From the IMG/VR virus record IMGVR_UViG_3300019850_000208, positions 1 through 64,000 of that record: a DNA stretch of 64,000 bases. One strand, written 5' to 3'. Of the stretch, positions 1 through 8,717 are shown one piece after another. The translations under genes and the position numbers were made by a program. The notes under the pieces were generated by a model. That model was not told the origin of the DNA. It saw nothing but the letters and a program-made list of their open reading frames with translations, and ran no database searches. How positions within the stretch are numbered: position 1 is the first letter of the stretch; each line of letters opens with the position of its first letter. This stretch comes from a virus.

Positions 1-1
1 A

Positions 2-340
2 TTATATAATCATGCTTTCTACAAAAATGGTGAATTGAATGGCGAATATAAAGAATGGAATAGTAGGGGCCAATTGACTATTCATAGTTTTTATAAAAAT
101 GGCAAATTGAATGGCGAATACAAAATCTGGTATGAAAATGGTCGATTACGTGAACGTGGCTTTTATAAAAACGGTAAAAAAGAAGGCGAATATAAAATAT
201 GGTATGAAAATGACCAATTGGCTGTTCATTGTTTTTATAAAAACGGTGAATTGAATGGTGAATACAAAAGATGGCATGAAAATGGTCAATTATTTATTCA
301 TAGTTTTTATAAAAACGGTAAGCGAGCGGCTCAATATTAA
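2..340 (+). CDS. MORN-variant repeat protein (YwqK antitoxin-like), 5'-truncated by window edge
   Basis: Tandem 24-aa repeats (FYKNGELNGEYKxWxENGQL); frame is open from position 2. Confidence 0.85.
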   Translation, partial: LYNHAFYKNGELNGEYKEWNSRGQLTIHSFYKNGKLNGEYKIWYENGRLRERGFYKNGKKEGEYKIWYENDQLAVHCFYKNGELNGEYKRWHENGQLFIHSFYKNGKRAAQY

Positions 341-343
341 AAG

Positions 344-883
344 ATGAAAGTTCAAAAAAAAGACGCTTTATTTATTCATATTCCAAGAACAGGCGGGCAT
401 TCTATAAAAGAAGCTTTCGGTGACAGGGTTACATACCTTAACCATCATGAGCCTCTCAGGCGTGATTTGTATGTTAAATATGAAAAATATTTTAAATTTG
501 CGTTTGTACGAAACCCTTGGAGCAGAATTGCATCCGCTTATCATGGCTGGTATGAGAGATGCAAAACCAGCTCAGAGATATTTCCTTATAATAATTTTGA
601 TGAATATGTGGATATTATAGTTGCCGGAAAATCTATCATTGCCAAACCTCAATTGTGGTTTATTTTTGACAATAATATATTAGTGAACTTTATTGGCAGA
701 TACGAAAACTTTGAACAAGATTTTAAAAAGATAGTTGAGCTATTAAATGTAGAAGTACAACTTGGCCGGAGGCTTGGTTATTTTGGAGAATATAACTATA
801 GGAAGATGTATAATAGTAAGACCAAAAAATTGATCGGGGATTATTTTTTAGATGACATAACATTTTTTAAATATAATTTTTAA
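344..883 (+). CDS. Sulfotransferase family 2 protein
   Basis: PAPS-binding motifs FIHIPRTGG and FAFVRNPWSRIASAY, then FIGRYENFEQDF; paralog of 21531..22067. Confidence 0.85.
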   Translation: MKVQKKDALFIHIPRTGGHSIKEAFGDRVTYLNHHEPLRRDLYVKYEKYFKFAFVRNPWSRIASAYHGWYERCKTSSEIFPYNNFDEYVDIIVAGKSIIAKPQLWFIFDNNILVNFIGRYENFEQDFKKIVELLNVEVQLGRRLGYFGEYNYRKMYNSKTKKLIGDYFLDDITFFKYNF

Positions 884-902
884 GGATATTAGGGGTGTAA
901 TA

Positions 903-1208
903 ATGGCCATCAAAGAAAGAGATTTGCGCATTGGTGATGACTATTTAATATTCGGCCGTTACCCACCAAGTAATCCAGTGCATATATCATTGGAGCTCGC
1001 GGCATACGCTGGCAAAAGAAGACCCGGTTCACATCATCAGCTCCGTTATGGTTACTGGTTCAAGTCTAAAAAGGTGTTTTTGGAGGTACATAATGTTCCC
1101 AATTACCACAAGAAAACAGATGTTTTTCGACACCTTGGAATATTAAATAATATATATCCTCTCAACTACAAGGCAATTAAAAAGCGCTTTTTAAGAACAA
1201 TATTATGA
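903..1208 (+). CDS. Hypothetical protein
   Basis: ORF with GGGGTG RBS-like element; C-terminus KKRFLRTIL resembles the shared terminal helix. Confidence 0.6.
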   Translation: MAIKERDLRIGDDYLIFGRYPPSNPVHISLELAAYAGKRRPGSHHQLRYGYWFKSKKVFLEVHNVPNYHKKTDVFRHLGILNNIYPLNYKAIKKRFLRTIL

Positions 1209-1586
1209 TACTATCTTTTTGCCGAGGAGTGAATGCTTGGCGATGTCCCTTTTTGATGAATCGGTTTTAGCAAAATATATTTCACAATCATTTTTATTCT
1301 CCGTTTTAACATTATCCACAAAAAAAGAAATAACTTTAGCATTTAGCTCCTGGTTATAGTCCGAACTTAAAAATGTGCATCCATCACAATGATATATAAT
1401 ATTGTCTTCGGGATAAAATATCTCAAGTTTTTCATTGTAATTATAGGCATGAACAAAACTGTCCGCAACTGTATCATCTAATATCAATGTGAGTCCTGTA
1501 ATATTATATTCTTGCTTCAACGCACAGGAGCCGGCTCTAATAGTATATATGTCATTTTTATATTTTAGTGCTACCGGTCGAGTCAA
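1203..1586 (-). CDS. Hypothetical protein
   Basis: Last ORF of a tightly packed minus-strand run. Confidence 0.6.
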   Translation of the reverse strand: MTRPVALKYKNDIYTIRAGSCALKQEYNITGLTLILDDTVADSFVHAYNYNEKLEIFYPEDNIIYHCDGCTFLSSDYNQELNAKVISFFVDNVKTENKNDCEIYFAKTDSSKRDIAKHSLLGKKIVS

Positions 1587-2091
1587 TTACAGCTCCTCTC
1601 TTATATTTAATCTTTTCGATGTTTCCATTTTCATAGTACCAAATGGCATCTCCATCAAGTATGCCATCGATATACATTTCTTCAAACATTATCTGGCCAT
1701 TTGAATAATATCTAGTCGCCTTGCCTTCTTGTTCTCCTTGATTGAAACATGTTTCGTTCTTCAGATTACCATTTCTGTGCCATGTTCTAAATGGACCATT
1801 TAATATACCATTGAGTGTAAAACATTCTTTTTTAAGCCGGCCGTTTGAATAATATTCACACCATTGACCCTGAATTTTGTCATGTTTGAATGTGCCTTTT
1901 GCTTTAATAGTTTTGCCATCTTTATAATATGTCTTGAACGAACTGTTATAGGGGTCGCCGTCCCAGACTGTAACATTATCATCCAGCACTTCATCTTTTA
2001 GTATTGTTCTAGCAAATTCAAACTTCTTCATCGTTTTCATGATATTTTCCATTCTCGAGAATGAATGATTGGCGATTGCCCCATCTGTCAT
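1558..2091 (-). CDS. MORN-variant repeat protein (true start probably ~2040-2052)
   Basis: Repeats YYSNGRLKKE, WHRNGNLKNE, YYSNGQIMFE, YYENGNIE. Confidence 0.8.
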   Translation of the reverse strand: MTDGAIANHSFSRMENIMKTMKKFEFARTILKDEVLDDNVTVWDGDPYNSSFKTYYKDGKTIKAKGTFKHDKIQGQWCEYYSNGRLKKECFTLNGILNGPFRTWHRNGNLKNETCFNQGEQEGKATRYYSNGQIMFEEMYIDGILDGDAIWYYENGNIEKIKYKRGAVIDSTGSTKI

Positions 2092-2254
2092 AGTAGTTCA
2101 CTTTGCAGTTATAAACATCAATTGGCCAGTTTTTGAATTTTCTGATGAATTTTTGGGCTATTGTTGGAAGCTTTTTGACATTAGGTGAGATAAGATCTTC
2201 CGGTGATTTCCACACGTCCTTTGTTTTGAGAGCTTCCTCGAAGGTAACTGTCAT
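2018..2254 (-). CDS. Hypothetical protein
   Basis: Coupled to the upstream gene by an ATGA overlap. Confidence 0.6.
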   Translation of the reverse strand: MTVTFEEALKTKDVWKSPEDLISPNVKKLPTIAQKFIRKFKNWPIDVYNCKVNYYDRWGNRQSFILENGKYHENDEEV

Positions 2255-2595
2255 TTAGTTTTTCCATTTGACTCAAGAATAGCGAAAGTGTTATCTACTT
2301 CATCCAATTTATCTTTTACATCATTTAAGCTTTTGAGATTATCATAACTGATATATACATTATCCTTGCTGATATATATATCATAACCAAATTTGCTGTG
2401 CTTAATTGACCAGTAGCTACCACCGAGCCGATTTGCCTGCGCAATTATGTCATCACCATAAATAATCGGGCCATTGTTGGTCTCTTTTAGTATATGTTTT
2501 TTAAGGTTTTGAACCTGCGAGTATTCAACTGAAAACGCTAAAATGGCAATAACGGCGATAACTGTTACTATAGTGCTTATGCTTTTCCAACTCAT
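2251..2595 (-). CDS. Membrane-anchored/secreted hypothetical protein
   Basis: N-terminal hydrophobic segment IVTVIAVIAILAFSV; AGGAG RBS. Confidence 0.7.
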   Translation of the reverse strand: MSWKSISTIVTVIAVIAILAFSVEYSQVQNLKKHILKETNNGPIIYGDDIIAQANRLGGSYWSIKHSKFGYDIYISKDNVYISYDNLKSLNDVKDKLDEVDNTFAILESNGKTK

Positions 2596-2605
2596 TTTAT
2601 TCTCC

Positions 2606-2806
2606 TTACGGCGCTATGCCAATTTCCCATGAATAAGTGCTAGGCCCATCTTCGCCATTACAAAAATCTCTTATCCATTTGTCATATTCTTTCTTACTAC
2701 CCAAAAGAGCCCTGACCATTTGATCAATAACCCACATCTTATGATGGCCGCCATCAATTGAGCCATAATCAAAAGCCAGTTCTAATGCTTTCTTAATTTT
2801 ACTCAT
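2606..2806 (-). CDS. Small phage hypothetical protein
   Basis: YGSIDGGHHKMWVIDQMVRAL...YSWEIGIAP pattern familiar from phage hypotheticals; AGGAG RBS. Confidence 0.7.
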   Translation of the reverse strand: MSKIKKALELAFDYGSIDGGHHKMWVIDQMVRALLGSKKEYDKWIRDFCNGEDGPSTYSWEIGIAP

Positions 2807-2815
2807 TTTAGTCTC

Positions 2816-3697
2816 CTAAAAAATTAGAGAAGCCGCATCATCCCATTCGGAATATAATTTACAGTTTCTTCTTAATATAATATATTTTAGATTTTCTTTA
2901 TCCCCTTTGTTCATACAATTGTTATCAATTACGGTTGAAATGCCATGAATGCTATATTTGTTTGCTCCAAATGGAAGTCTATTCAAAATCCTTGAAAAAC
3001 GAATTATGTACTGTTCGAGTTTGTGCCACCATTCTTGCGTCATTGCTGTTTTTTTAATCCACTCATTTTCCGGAGCATCCTCATCTGTAGCATAGAGTTT
3101 CCTAAACGTAACTTGATCGGCTCCTAGTTCTTTACAATCTTGAAATAACTTCTCGAATGATTTATAATGTCCAAATCCTTGTTTGTTGATATTCAGGCTA
3201 AGGCGTAAATTAAAATTATTCCTTTTTATCAAATTTGCTACATGTGGCAGATCAATCTTCAAGTTTTCCGGTGTGCCATTTATTTCATTATTTATATCGG
3301 AATTCAGAGACGAGCAGGAGAGTGAAATTGTTTTCACACCTATTTTACGAAGAAAATTTAGTTTTTGCTGAGTGAGTTTCACGCCGGAGGTTTGAAGTTC
3401 TATATTTTTGAATCTACTTGATAGCGATTTGTTAATTCTGTCAAAAAGTTCCAGATATGTTTTATTAATGTGTGGCTCAGAATTTGTACCAGTGAGCACC
3501 AAAGTATTTATACCTAAATCCTTCATATATTCTAGCCTATCTTCAAATTCATACTCAAGTATGGAAGCATGTTCATAGTCACCCTTTTTAAACACATTGT
3601 TAAGCATATTATCTGATTTGCTAAGCTTTGATACACAAAATTTACATTTATTCGGACATCCACCCGGAACATCTAAGCTGGCACTTTGTATCTGCAT
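2816..3697 (-). CDS. Radical SAM protein
   Basis: CPNKCKFC (CX3CX2C) near the N-terminus; LTGTNSEP; AAGGA RBS. Confidence 0.85.
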   Translation of the reverse strand: MQIQSASLDVPGGCPNKCKFCVSKLSKSDNMLNNVFKKGDYEHASILEYEFEDRLEYMKDLGINTLVLTGTNSEPHINKTYLELFDRINKSLSSRFKNIELQTSGVKLTQQKLNFLRKIGVKTISLSCSSLNSDINNEINGTPENLKIDLPHVANLIKRNNFNLRLSLNINKQGFGHYKSFEKLFQDCKELGADQVTFRKLYATDEDAPENEWIKKTAMTQEWWHKLEQYIIRFSRILNRLPFGANKYSIHGISTVIDNNCMNKGDKENLKYIILRRNCKLYSEWDDAASLIF

Positions 3698-3717
3698 AAG
3701 TTATTCCTTTTTATTTT

Positions 3718-3746
3718 ATTATATCATAATCGGCATTGTGTGTAAA
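3718..3746 (-). promoter_or_regulatory. Sigma70-type (early) promoter
   Basis: Minus strand TTTACA-17 nt-TATAAT with extended TG, 20 nt upstream of the radical SAM gene. Confidence 0.8.
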
Positions 3747-3874
3747 GCTTATTTTGAATTTATTTTTAAGTTTATATCTTTTGAACTCCATTTTAGATGA
3801 AATATATTACCGTTTTTAATTTCCATGCTAACCCTAAGAGCTCCTTGTAATATATATGTTATTATATATAGATT

Positions 3875-3882
3875 AAAGATAA
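3875..3882 (+). promoter_or_regulatory. AAAGATAA putative late-promoter motif
   Basis: The same motif precedes many late/structural genes in the sense orientation (see findings). Confidence 0.5.
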
Positions 3883-3917
3883 TTATAGTTTATAAAAACA
3901 TATATAGGTGTATAAAA

Positions 3918-4757
3918 ATGAAGAGTATAGAAATACGCGTTAGACTTTTAAGATTTTCATTGATTGTGCTTTTCTCATGTTCAATTTTCGTTTTTTCAAC
4001 GATAAAATATGCGGAGTATATTGCACGCGAGAAGAGCATCGTTATTATTCAGAACGCCAAAGAACAAGTGAACTCTTTTAAAATAGAACTTAAGAAATAT
4101 AAAGAGGAATATGACAATGTTGTTAAAATCCGCGACAATTATAGAGCCTCAATTAAAGAAATAGTTGATTTACTTTACAGCAAGGATTCTCATCTTGGCA
4201 TAGGCACTATGGAATTCAATGAAGTTAAAAACAGCGATGAGGTTACTCTGCTGACTATACGAAATACAGTCGCTACTATGAAAGATGATCAAAGGATGTT
4301 GGCGGAAGTAAAAAATTATTTAGAGGCAAGGAAAGAATTCGTTGAGAGCTTTCCATTTATATGGCCTGTGGCTGTACAAGGAGCACTTAACATATCATCT
4401 GGATTCGGTTTCAGAACTAATGTGTTTGATAAAAATAAGATAGAGTTTCATGAAGGCATAGATATAGTCGGCAATCTGAATGATCCAATTGTAGCGACAG
4501 CAGATGGTAAAATCAAAGCCGCGGGCTGGGGCAGTTTAAGCGGGTGGTATGTTGTGATTAGCCACAAAAATGGTTTTGAGACACATTACGGCCACATGAA
4601 TAAAATAACAGCAAAAGTAGGCCAGAAAGTAAAGCGCGGAGATGTCATAGGCTATATGGGAGAAACAGGAAAGACTACTGGCGTTCATTTACACTATGCC
4701 ATAGTTCATAACCATATCAGCGTAGACCCAATGAACTTTCTAGCTTTAAATTATTAA
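3918..4757 (+). CDS. M23 family metallopeptidase with N-terminal TM segment and coiled coil
   Basis: HEGID (HxxxD) and HLH (HxH) zinc motifs, THYGHM, VKRGDVIGYMG; start moved to ATG 3918 after AGGTG RBS. Confidence 0.9.
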   Translation: MKSIEIRVRLLRFSLIVLFSCSIFVFSTIKYAEYIAREKSIVIIQNAKEQVNSFKIELKKYKEEYDNVVKIRDNYRASIKEIVDLLYSKDSHLGIGTMEFNEVKNSDEVTLLTIRNTVATMKDDQRMLAEVKNYLEARKEFVESFPFIWPVAVQGALNISSGFGFRTNVFDKNKIEFHEGIDIVGNLNDPIVATADGKIKAAGWGSLSGWYVVISHKNGFETHYGHMNKITAKVGQKVKRGDVIGYMGETGKTTGVHLHYAIVHNHISVDPMNFLALNY

Positions 4758-4766
4758 GGAGATAAA

Positions 4767-5624
4767 ATGTCAGAATCAGATTTTAATAAAAAACCTTCCA
4801 ATGCCACTATTAGAAATATAATCGCCCAGGTGACAGCTGAGATTGATGCCAGATTAAAAGCAACAAATCTATATTTAAGATTGGGCATAATAGCATCCGT
4901 AGTATTGGCTGTTGTAGTAATAGGTATCGGATTCTATTTTATGAGAAATACCATCAATGATATGTACCAAACTTATATCAAAAATACAGAAAAAATAATT
5001 ATAGCTAAATCAGATATAGAGATAGCCAATTCTTGGGAAAGACTTCCTGTTCAGCAGCGCAAAGAAAGATTGAGAGAGAGATATTTTGAGATAGTTAGGT
5101 ATTATACAAATGCTGTTCCGGAGGATCAACGAATGTCCACGGAACAAATCATGGATACATTCAATAAAATTTGGGCATGCATCCAAAGGATACCATCAAT
5201 CAATTTTTTCCTTCCAGTGGCTTATATAAAGGTCGCTTCTAATTTTAATCCTGTTTATAATTCTGAATATAAAAGAGGGATTGCTGCTATGTACCGAAAA
5301 ACAGCAGAATCGGCCGCAAATTTGCCAATAGTTAAACATGACCCTATATTCCAGATAGATTACAAGGGTCTTAAAAGCTTAAATAACCCAATTGAAAGCG
5401 TTACCCTTTTGATAGCAAGAATAAATGATTTAATGACTACTTTTAATAATAGAGAAGATTGGGTGCTACTGGCATTATTTACCAATGAATATAATGTGAT
5501 AAAGAAATATTGGGATGGCGGAAAAGGAACTATTCCAGATAAAATTTATGAACAGGGCCAATTGGCCGACGCCCTTAAATTTTACCAGAACTTCAAGAAT
5601 TGGCAAATACCAGCTATAGAATGA
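4767..5624 (+). CDS. Membrane-anchored SLT-fold protein, probably catalytically inactive
   Basis: TM helix; PVAYIKVASNFNP matches SLT motif I but with Ala instead of the catalytic Glu; degenerate motifs II/III. Confidence 0.6.
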   Translation: MSESDFNKKPSNATIRNIIAQVTAEIDARLKATNLYLRLGIIASVVLAVVVIGIGFYFMRNTINDMYQTYIKNTEKIIIAKSDIEIANSWERLPVQQRKERLRERYFEIVRYYTNAVPEDQRMSTEQIMDTFNKIWACIQRIPSINFFLPVAYIKVASNFNPVYNSEYKRGIAAMYRKTAESAANLPIVKHDPIFQIDYKGLKSLNNPIESVTLLIARINDLMTTFNNREDWVLLALFTNEYNVIKKYWDGGKGTIPDKIYEQGQLADALKFYQNFKNWQIPAIE

Positions 5625-6219
5625 TGTCTTTTCTTAGATGGCCCTTGTATACTGAGAATTGTATTTTATATCTTCTCAACCTATCAACAACTTCTTTAAA
5701 GTGGCTTGGCTCTATCACATAGACACTATATGATACCGTATTGTGTGGTGTATATATTACAGGCCATTCTGAAATATTCATTCCTGGTTTGATCCAATAT
5801 GCGGCAGGCCTTCTTTTTGGAATGCTTGATATTTTATCTACTAAAAATACATCACGTACGTACCATGATCTTGGAAATGGCTTAATGAACTGACACTTAA
5901 TGCCCATAAATATCAGCAAGTAGTATAATAATTCAGTATTGGTTTGCAATTCCTTTGTTTGAGGATTAATATAAGCAAAATCATATTTTTTAACTCTGCC
6001 GGAAGTTCTTATTTTATATAATATATAACCATTTTCTGACCATCCGCCGGTAGACAAAATATCTATCATCCTGGATGGATATTGCCCTGTTTTATAACCA
6101 CCTGACCCAAATATATCATAAGGAAGATTGAGCATCAGCGATGGCATACCGATTGACATAAGCCGCGCGCCATTCTCAAATAATATCTTGAGAAGAAGCT
6201 TTTTATGAATGCTTTTCAT
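5614..6219 (-). CDS. Hypothetical protein
   Basis: 201-aa ORF downstream of rtcB. Confidence 0.65.
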   Translation of the reverse strand: MKSIHKKLLLKILFENGARLMSIGMPSLMLNLPYDIFGSGGYKTGQYPSRMIDILSTGGWSENGYILYKIRTSGRVKKYDFAYINPQTKELQTNTELLYYLLIFMGIKCQFIKPFPRSWYVRDVFLVDKISSIPKRRPAAYWIKPGMNISEWPVIYTPHNTVSYSVYVIEPSHFKEVVDRLRRYKIQFSVYKGHLRKDIIL

Positions 6220-6232
6220 GATATTATCTTGA

Positions 6233-7504
6233 TTAAGATGCCTTAAAATTGTATAAAGGTTTTATAATAGTGATAACATCAATTGCTTCTCTCATATATT
6301 TTATTATCTCTTCTGGATTTTTATACGCTCCAGGAGCTTCATCTAATGTCGATTTAGAAACACATGAAGACCAAATCCCTTTCATATCGTTCTGAAATTT
6401 TTCTAAAGTTATATTGTCTTTGGCGAATCGCCTACTCATCTTTCTGCCAGCGCCGTGGGCCGCAGAATAGTTCCAATCTTTATTGCCCTTCCCGGTAGCA
6501 ATTACATTTCCAAATTGCATGCTCATTGGTATTATTATTTTTTCTCCTTTATGCGCTCTTATTGCGCCTTTTCGGATTATATTATCATCGGGATCAATAT
6601 AGTTATGGGTAGACTCTATTACTTCTACTTCGTTAAAATTTAATTTGTAAAAATTTGATACTACTTCATATCCCATTACTCTTCTAGAAAGCTTAGCATA
6701 TAGGTGAGCGATTTTTGTATCTGCAATATAGTTTTCGGCATCATCATTTTCAAGATACTCAAGTCCAGTTGTCTTTCCGTGTTTTGAAAGGTGCCTATGG
6801 AGTTTGCTTATTGCCGCTTCTATTTCCTTCCCTTTTTTAGTTGCTTTAATCTCTTTAATCTTATTTTTATATTCTACTTCATCTATTCCAAGAATAGAAT
6901 TGGAAGCGATATTTTGATGCCATTTGGCAATTTTTAATCCAAAATTTCTAGACCCTGAATGTATAGTAAACCAAAGATTATCATCCGAGTCTTCTCCGAG
7001 TTCCAGATAATGATTGCCTCCACCAAGTGAGCCGATTGATCTCATAACTCTATCAAAATTCTGATTTTGTCTAATACATATTTCTCTAACAGCATCTTCA
7101 AATTTGGACAACGTATCAATCTCGTTCGTGGCGATTGTATCAAATAATTTCTTAAGCTCGCTGTGTGTGGTTGTTCTAACATTTTTCCCAGCTGGGATCT
7201 TGTTTCTAATAAATTTATCTAATTCATCAAATTTTAATTTAAATTCGTGGCGCTTTCCTAATTTCCAGCTTGTTACTCCGCAGGCAATGTCGACGCCGAT
7301 TAAATTTGGGACCACTTTATCGGTTAGCTTAGCTGTATATCCTATTACACAACCAGCTCCTGCATGTACATCGCTCATAATTCTTACGTGGGCATCCTTC
7401 GCCATTGGTTGGCTGAGAAGTTGGATTATCTGTCCAACAGCAGTTTCTTCAATAGCATCATTGAAGACCTTAGCCCTGCCGTATTGTCCTCTTAATTCTA
7501 TCAT
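6233..7504 (-). CDS. rtcB: RtcB family RNA ligase
   Basis: MSDVHAG, IGVDIACG, SLGGGNHYLE, IHSGSR, HNY, AHGAGR, DEAPGAYK all present; AGGAGG RBS. Confidence 0.95.
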   Translation of the reverse strand: MIELRGQYGRAKVFNDAIEETAVGQIIQLLSQPMAKDAHVRIMSDVHAGAGCVIGYTAKLTDKVVPNLIGVDIACGVTSWKLGKRHEFKLKFDELDKFIRNKIPAGKNVRTTTHSELKKLFDTIATNEIDTLSKFEDAVREICIRQNQNFDRVMRSIGSLGGGNHYLELGEDSDDNLWFTIHSGSRNFGLKIAKWHQNIASNSILGIDEVEYKNKIKEIKATKKGKEIEAAISKLHRHLSKHGKTTGLEYLENDDAENYIADTKIAHLYAKLSRRVMGYEVVSNFYKLNFNEVEVIESTHNYIDPDDNIIRKGAIRAHKGEKIIIPMSMQFGNVIATGKGNKDWNYSAAHGAGRKMSRRFAKDNITLEKFQNDMKGIWSSCVSKSTLDEAPGAYKNPEEIIKYMREAIDVITIIKPLYNFKAS

Positions 7505-7530
7505 AATATCCTCCTGTCATTAGTATTATA

Positions 7531-7794
7531 TTAGCGATGGTATTTGGTTTTTAAGATAGCTCTCACCACTTCATCATAATCTTTGGTGCCTCCAAGCGCG
7601 TTGAAGATTCGGCCGGATTTAGTCTTGATCTTAAAATTGCCTATTATCTCTCCTCTATCCATCTGTTTGATCGTCTTGAATCTTCCTAACTCACAAATAT
7701 CATTTTCGAGAATACCATATTTTTGAAGCGTATTAAATTCTGTAAGGATAATAGATCTTCCGAAACTATTAAGTTTAACCAAGTTATTCTCCAT
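7531..7794 (-). CDS. Hypothetical protein
   Basis: ORF directly downstream of a sigma70-like promoter. Confidence 0.6.
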   Translation of the reverse strand: MENNLVKLNSFGRSIILTEFNTLQKYGILENDICELGRFKTIKQMDRGEIIGNFKIKTKSGRIFNALGGTKDYDEVVRAILKTKYHR

Positions 7795-7815
7795 AATATG
7801 CCTGAACTTATAACT

Positions 7816-7844
7816 ATGTTATCATAATTTGGTGCTTTTGTAAA
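7816..7844 (-). promoter_or_regulatory. Sigma70-type (early) promoter
   Basis: Minus strand TTTACA-17 nt-TAACAT; shares ATTATGA before the -10 with the 3718..3746 promoter. Confidence 0.65.
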
Positions 7845-7848
7845 GGAA

Positions 7849-8265
7849 TTAAATTTCTTCACGCTTGCCGTTAGGATATATAAGATATATCAGTTTTTTA
7901 TTATTTTTAGCATATTCAACCGTGAACCAGGTTCCGTCACCAATTGCGATATTATGTTCCTTTGGGCATGCAATTAGGAGATCGCATGCATCAACAATAT
8001 CCTTATTGCTTTCCAAATATGGCTTTTTCTTGAATAATTTCTTGGCTTGTTTGCAGTATGCTCTCAATGAGTTATTATTCGGTGGGTGAATAAATATAGG
8101 AATATCAAATTTTGTGTTTATGATCACATGAGCATCGCAATCGGCTCCTATATAATCTCCATGGTGGAATTCTTCGATTGGCAATAATTCATCTATTGTT
8201 TTTGCGAACACTCTTTTCTGCTTAACAGTCATTCGGTTGCGTGTTCCTATAAATCCTAATATCAT
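7849..8265 (-). CDS. SLOG superfamily (DprA/YspA-like) protein
   Basis: GFIGTR, FHHGDYIGAD, NKDIVDACDLLIACP, GTWFTVEYA. Confidence 0.75.
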   Translation of the reverse strand: MILGFIGTRNRMTVKQKRVFAKTIDELLPIEEFHHGDYIGADCDAHVIINTKFDIPIFIHPPNNNSLRAYCKQAKKLFKKKPYLESNKDIVDACDLLIACPKEHNIAIGDGTWFTVEYAKNNKKLIYLIYPNGKREEI

Positions 8266-8315
8266 TTTGTTTATTTATCCCGCTTCAATAGATAGTGGTA
8301 TATATGCTTTGTCGC

Positions 8316-8344
8316 AAAAAAATCGGGTCATATATGACCCGATT
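8316..8344 (-). terminator. Perfect 24-bp palindrome with U-tract on the minus strand (intrinsic terminator-like)
   Basis: AATCGGGTCATATATGACCCGATT (8321-8344) preceded by an A-run. Confidence 0.6.
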
Positions 8345-8441
8345 GAAAAACTGGTTTTTAAGGAGGGTATTATAACCAGTTTATATGCTCGCCGCTAAAG
8401 ATAAATGTATATGAACATATATATGTCGCGAGTGAACTAAA

Positions 8442-8708
8442 ATGAGAACTCCAGTTTTTGGACAGTTCCTATTAGAGATGGCCAAGGTTGATAATGCTAC
8501 ACTTAATAGAGCCCTCACTATACAAAATAAAGAACGCAGTTTACGACTTAAAACAAGCTCCCGGTTTCTTGGCCAAATTCTATTGGAAGAATCAGATGTC
8601 TTTGAAAACAGAGTTGAATTGGAACAATGGCTTAAAAAATTCAACAAATATAAAGAACATATTGAGGGTATTCATGGAGATCTTAATATTATTAGCAAGC
8701 GTAAATAA
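8442..8708 (+). CDS. Hypothetical protein
   Basis: Preceded by AAAGATAA (8397-8404); internal repeat FGQFLLE / LGQILLE. Confidence 0.65.
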   Translation: MRTPVFGQFLLEMAKVDNATLNRALTIQNKERSLRLKTSSRFLGQILLEESDVFENRVELEQWLKKFNKYKEHIEGIHGDLNIISKRK

Positions 8709-8717
8709 GGATTAGAA

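Noticed and set aside
3825-3917. N-terminal extension of the M23 ORF (also the longer starts at 10003, 14036, 16236, 22057, 27224, 30142, 34337)
   Set aside because: Downstream ATGs have better RBS or coupling, and the extensions overlap promoters or upstream genes
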